Translations under genes and position numbers: made by a program
Shown here: one piece after another, positions 58,931 to 64,000 of the stretch
How the letters are laid out: each line of letters opens with the position of its first letter
Numbering within the stretch: position 1 is the first letter of the stretch
The notes under the pieces: model-generated
What the model was told of the DNA's origin: nothing
Databases searched by the model: none
What the model saw: only the letters and a program-made list of their open reading frames with translations
NCBI RefSeq assembly: GCF_046119375.1
Contig: NW_027362766.1
Coordinates: 11,718,001 to 11,782,000, forward strand
From: Phyllobates terribilis
Taxonomy: Eukaryota
Direction of reading: 5' to 3'
DNA: 64,000 bases

Positions 58931-59392
58931 TCCTTTTCATCTCCTCTCTCCACTAGATTCATTACATGTCAAACAATGACTCCTGTTCCTCTCAGGTGTC
59001 ACTAGTCACATTTCCATATATCACCGAGGACCTCAGATGTATCACCCTGGAGATCGTGGAAACTAGACCCTACATATGTGTGCAAGAAAGGCGGTGCTGG
59101 TCACATAACTCCAAGGTTTACTAATTGCAATTAGCAGGTTTAGAACTCATTAGGCAGTGAATTCAGGGGGATATATTGTCGATCGGTATCGTATTACCTC
59201 TTCCCTTCCAATGGAGTACAAGATGGTGACATTGCTTCTCTAACAAGGGCCTTAATCCCCCTCTGTTGTAGGACTAAATCAAGACCAGCTCAAAGTGCGG
59301 AAAATGGAAAATGTTAAGGAACAGAGGATGCGATTATACAAACCTAAAGTGATCCAGAGCATGTGATTTATGCTCCAAGCTGCAACGCAACA

Positions 59393-60877
59393 CAAAAGGA
59401 ATCTGAAAGCTGAGGAGCAGCCCCATAGACATACAAGCAAAAGGAATCTGAAAGCTGAGGAGCAGCCCCATAGACATACACGCAAAAGGAATCTGAAAGC
59501 TGAGGAGCAGCCCCATAGACATACACGCAAAAGGAATCTGAAAGCTGAGGAGTAGCCCCATAGACATACAAGCAAAATGAATCTGAAAGCTGAGGAGCAG
59601 CCCCATAGACATACATGCAAAAGGAATCTGAAAGCTGAGGAGCAGCCCCATAGACATACACGTAAAAGGAATCTGAAAGCTGAGGAGCAGCCCCATAGAC
59701 ATACACGCAAAAGGAATCTGAAAGCTTAGGAGCAGCCCCATAGACATACACGCAAAAGGAATCTGAAAACTGAGGAGCAGCCCCATAGACATACACGCAA
59801 AACGAATCTGAAAGCTGAGGAACAGCCCCATAGACATACATGCAAAAGGAATCTGAAAGCTGAGGAGCAGCCCCATAGACATACATGCAAAAGGAATCTG
59901 AAAGCTGAGGAGCAGCCCCATAGACATACACGCAAAAGGAATCTGAAAGCTGAGGAGCAGCCCCATAGACATACGCGCAAAAGGAATCTGAAAGCTGAGG
60001 AGCAGCCCCATAGACATACACGTAAAAGGAATCTGAAAGCTGAGGAGCAGCCCCATAGACATACACGCAAAAGGAATCTGAAAGCTTAGGAGCAGCCCCA
60101 TAGACATACACGCAAAAGGAATCTGAAAACTGAGGAGCAGCCCCATAGACATACACGCAAAACGAATCTGAAAGCTGAGGAACAGCCCCATAGACATACA
60201 TGCAAAAGGAATCTGAAAGCTGAGGAGCAGCCCCATAGACATACATGCAAAAGGAATCTGAAAGCTGAGGAGCAGCCCCATAGACATACACGCAAAAGGA
60301 ATCTGAAAGCTGAGGAGCAGCCCCATAGACATACGCGCAAAAGGAATCTGAAAGCTGAGGAGCAGCCCCATAGACATACACGCAAAAGGAATCTGAAAGC
60401 TGAGGAGCAGCCCCATAGACATACAAGCAAAAGGAATCTGAAAGCTGAGGAGCAGCCCCATAGACATACGCGCAAAAGGAATCTGAAAGCTGAGGAGCAG
60501 CCCCATAGACATACATGCAAAAGGAATCTGAAAGCTGAGGAGCAGCCCCATAGACATACATGCAAAAGGAATCTGAAAGCTGAGGAGCAGCCCCATAGAC
60601 ATACACGCAAAAGGAATCTGAAAGCTGAGGAGTAGCCCCATAGACATACACGCAAAATGAATCTGAAAGCTGAGGAGCAGCCCCATAGACATACACGCAA
60701 AAGGAATCTGAAAGCTGAGGAGCAGCCCCATAGACATACATGCAAAAGGAATCTGAAAGCTGAGGAGCAGCCCCATAGACATACAAGCAAAAGGAATCTG
60801 AAAGCTGAGGAGCAGCCCCATAGACATACACGCAAAAGGAATCTGAAAGCTGAGGAGCAGCCCCATAGACATACACG
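59393..60877. repeat. 45-bp satellite x33 (CAAAAGGAATCTGAAAGCTGAGGAGCAGCCCCATAGACATACACG)
   Basis: 1485 bp = 33 units; a unit length divisible by 3 gives 15-aa periodic ORFs. Confidence 0.98.
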
Positions 60878-61221
60878 CTGTGCTACTGAGCTGTTTATCT
60901 AGGTGTCCTTCCACACATGTCAGATCTGACACAGACATAAGGCTTAATTAGATGGACGAGCGACTTCCAGTTTAGGAGTCTTGATCGACTACATACATAG
61001 TTACACAGGTTGAAAAAGAGACTAAAATCATGGACTAATTTCACATTCACTACGTAACAATTTTACATATATTTTTTGGTGTGTTTTCCTAATTCATTGT
61101 CCCTAAAATGAATAGAAAAGGTTATTATTCCCCATAAACTTTGCTTTTGTGGCCAGCACAATGATATTTTGAAATGTATCTATTTAAGAATATTCACAAA
61201 ATATTCAGTGCTGAATACTCG

Positions 61222-61316
61222 AGAAGCTTCTGGAACTCTGAGAACTATCAAGAGGTTTCTACAACTGTCTAGAACTTTCTTGAACTGTCCAGAAGTGTTC
61301 ATAGCAGTATAAATAC
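61222..61316 (+). promoter_or_regulatory. Heat-shock-element-like array followed by TATAAATA
   Basis: GAAgcTTCtgGAA at 61223-61235; phased GAA/TTC-like triplets every 5 bp from 61242 to 61294, including the perfect GAActTTCttGAA at 61272-61284; TATAAATA at 61308. Confidence 0.5.
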
Positions 61317-61386
61317 AGTTATCTTAACTAACCATTTCATTTCCTGTTCTGCAGAGTAAGTAAACTTGTGTGCACAGCTACAGTTA

Positions 61387-63216
61387 GGCTGTGTGCCCAC
61401 TATGCGTTTTTTAAGCGTTTCCGCTGCGGCAATTCCGCTGCAGAAACGCTTGGTAGAAGGCCTGCCATGTCCCCCAATGGTAATCCGCATGTGCTGTGCA
61501 CATGCTGCGGAAATTTCCACTGCGGATTATCATTGCGGAAAAAAACGCAGCACAATCAATTATTTTGCGGAATCGCAGCGTTTTCGCCGCCATTGACTTG
61601 CATTGGATCACGTGACATCCGCATCACGGCATCTGCAGATGCGGATACCATGCGTTTCAATGTGCGGATGGTACCCGGGTGTGGAGGACAGGAGACTCTC
61701 CTCCAGTCTCGGGTACCATAGAACCTGTAAAAAAAAGAATAAAATAAGAAATATACATTATACTCACCTTCTGATGGCCCCCGGTGTCCTTAGAGATGCG
61801 TCCTGGCTTGCCGGCAGCTCGCGATGGTCTAAAAAGGACCTGCCGTGACGTCATTTAGTCATGCGACCACTGACGTTGGCGGTAGCGTGACCCGTCACAT
61901 GACTAAATGACGTCATGGCAGGTCCTTTTTAGACCATCGCGAGCTGCCAGCAAGCCAGGACGCATCGGAAAAGGACACCGGGGGCCATCAGAAGGTAAGT
62001 ATAATATTTATTTGTTATTTTTTACCATTCTTTCGGTCACACTATATATGTCGTTTGCATGGATTTATATAGTGTGACCAAGTTGTCAAGCACTTTCCAA
62101 GTGATGCTAAAATCGCTTGTCAACCCACATGCGGAAATGCAAGTGAAGAATGCTTCACATCCGCGTGTGCAATCCGCGTGCGCAATCCGCGTGCCCAATC
62201 CGCATGTACAATCCGCATGCACAATCCGCGTGTGCAATCCGCATGTACAATCCGCATGCACAATCCGCGTGCGCAATCCGCGTGCGCAATCCGCATGTAC
62301 AATCCGCATGCACAATCCGCGTGTGCAATCCGCATGTGCAATCAGCATGCACAATCCGCATGCACAATCCGCATGTACAATCCGCATGCACAATCCGCGT
62401 GTGCAATCCGCGTGCGCAATCCGCATGCACAATCCGCAGGTACAATCCGCATGTACAATCCGCATGCACAATCCTCGTGTACAATCCGCGTGCGCAATCC
62501 ACGTGCCCAATCCGCATGTACAATCCGCATGCGCAATCCGCGTGTGCAATCCGCGTGTGCAATCCGCGTGCCCAATCCGCATGTACAATCCGCATGCACA
62601 ATCCGCGTGCGCAATCCGCATGTACAATCCGCGTGTGCAATCCGCGTGTGCAATCCGCATGTACAATCCACATGCACAATCTGCGTGTGCAATCCGCATG
62701 TACAATCCGCATGCACAATCCGCGTGTGCAATCCGCATGCACAATTCGCATGTACAATCCGCATGCACAATCCGCGTGCGCAATCCGCATGTACAATCCG
62801 CATGCACAATCCGCGTGTGCAATCCGCATGCGCAATCCACATGTACAATCAGCATGCACAATCCGCATGTACAATCCGCATGCACAATCCGTGTGTGCAA
62901 TCCGCGTGCGCAATCCGCATGCACAATCCGCATGCACAATCCGCATGCACAATCCGCATGTACAATCCTCATGTACAATCCGCATGTACAATCCGCATGC
63001 ACAATCCGCATGCACAATCCTCATGTACAATCCGTGTGTGCAATCCGCGTGCGCAATCCGCATGTACAATCCGCATGCACAATCCGCATGCACAATCCGC
63101 ATGTACAATCCGCATGTACAATCCGCATGCACAATCCGCGTGTGTTTTTTCTGCCAGGGAGATGCAGAAACGCTCAGGAAAAATCCGGAGCATTTCAGCA
63201 TCGTGTGCACATAGCC
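61387..63216 (-). mobile_element. Composite MITE: TIRs, central palindrome and 13/14-bp satellite
   Basis: GGCTGTGTGCCCAC ... GTGTGCACATAGCC|TTAA; internal palindrome 61758-62004; satellite GTACAATCCGCAT at ~62159-63142. Confidence 0.8.
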
Positions 63217-63399
63217 TTAATGTAGTTGGCATCAAGAGGTTGCATATATTCGGCAGACGCATTTTGCTACGTCTGTGGCCACTTGATAAAGACAAGCTAA
63301 AACATTCTCTGTGAAAGCATCTACTAAGACGTGTGAGGCCTACAAGATGAAAAAAAGGAGAGAACAGGGCGCAATGGGTGACTCAGTAATGCAATTTGT

Positions 63400-64000
63400 A
63401 GAGGGGTGTGGGGATGGCTACTAACCTTATGGAGTTGTGCACCTCTGCACAACCCCAGTGTAAAGCTCCACAAGCTCCGCTCTGTTGGTGGCTGTCATCT
63501 GCTTTCAGCGGCCTTCACAGGTCCCGATCTCACGTGGTGGGTCACGTGATCAGGTTTGTTGCGCATACCGCCGAGATGGACGCCCAGCTTCACCACCACT
63601 CCCGGCAGCGCTCCGGAGGGGTTAGGGAGGCGCAGCTTGGAAACCAAGGTAGTAACTACTTAATTAACTTCATCCCACAGGTGAATGAACAGGTAAATGG
63701 AGGCAGCTCTACCGCACCCCAACAGGGGGAAAAAGACAATCAGTGAATGTGAATAGCGGTACCAGAGCGCCAATAACAGGGCAAAAATGAAATTAAAATA
63801 ACTGGTTTATTAACACACACAACGCGTTTCGGTGGACAAGGCCACCTTCATCAGGTGTGAAAAGCAGCAAACAAATGATCCTTATATACATTTGATCAGA
63901 TATACAATTGCTTCGGGGCTAAATACAGAGTAATACCTCTATATTAACCCCTTTAGTTCATTTATGCCCAATAGAGTAAACAGGATTTTTATAAATTAAT
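63400..64000 (-). mobile_element. Penelope-like element pLTR fragment (left boundary approximate)
   Basis: On minus: TATATAA (~63885), a hammerhead motif, then AATAAA immediately downstream. Confidence 0.6.
63816..63859 (-). ncRNA. Minimal type I hammerhead ribozyme
   Basis: CACAC-CUGAUGA-A-GGUGG(CCUUGU)CCACC-GAAA-C(GC)G-UU|GUGUG: 5-bp stem I, 5-bp stem II, palindromic ACGCGU stem III. Confidence 0.8.

Noticed and set aside
59334-60938. 502-534 aa ORFs with 15-aa repeats
   Set aside because: A 45-bp unit preserves frame by arithmetic. One frame mimics a hydrophobic repeat protein, but there is no flanking gene structure.

Overview
Eukaryotic genomic DNA, most likely from a frog (inferred from the repeat families and protein similarity). 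It holds two recognisable host genes on the minus strand, in the same order and orientation as the S100A1-CHTOP pair at human 1q21. CHTOP has a non-coding exon 1 and CpG promoter at ~31.2 kb and five coding exons at 16441-13251 (244 aa). S100A1 has two coding exons at 57633-56831 (94 aa). A third housekeeping-type CpG promoter at ~8.6-8.8 kb has no identifiable gene. Most of the rest is repeats: long satellites (61, 28, 13-14, 32 and 45 bp units), several Tc1/mariner copies, a full-length L1 nested in a Tc1 terminal repeat, L2 and CR1 LINEs, a DIRS remnant, solo LTRs, MITEs and Penelope-derived pieces. All very long ORFs in the supplied track are satellite artefacts. The best leads are: (1) a head-to-tail triplet of hammerhead-ribozyme cores in the sense orientation of the S100A1 upstream intron, plus a complete minimal hammerhead near 63.8 kb; (2) a candidate 67-nt poison exon in CHTOP intron 2; (3) a 2A-like motif in the L2; (4) matching inverted, satellite-bearing TTAA-flanked ends that bracket a 31.5-kb segment containing S100A1; (5) a phased heat-shock-element array with a TATA box. 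Everything was read by eye with no searches run, so family names and boundaries of degraded repeats are approximate.
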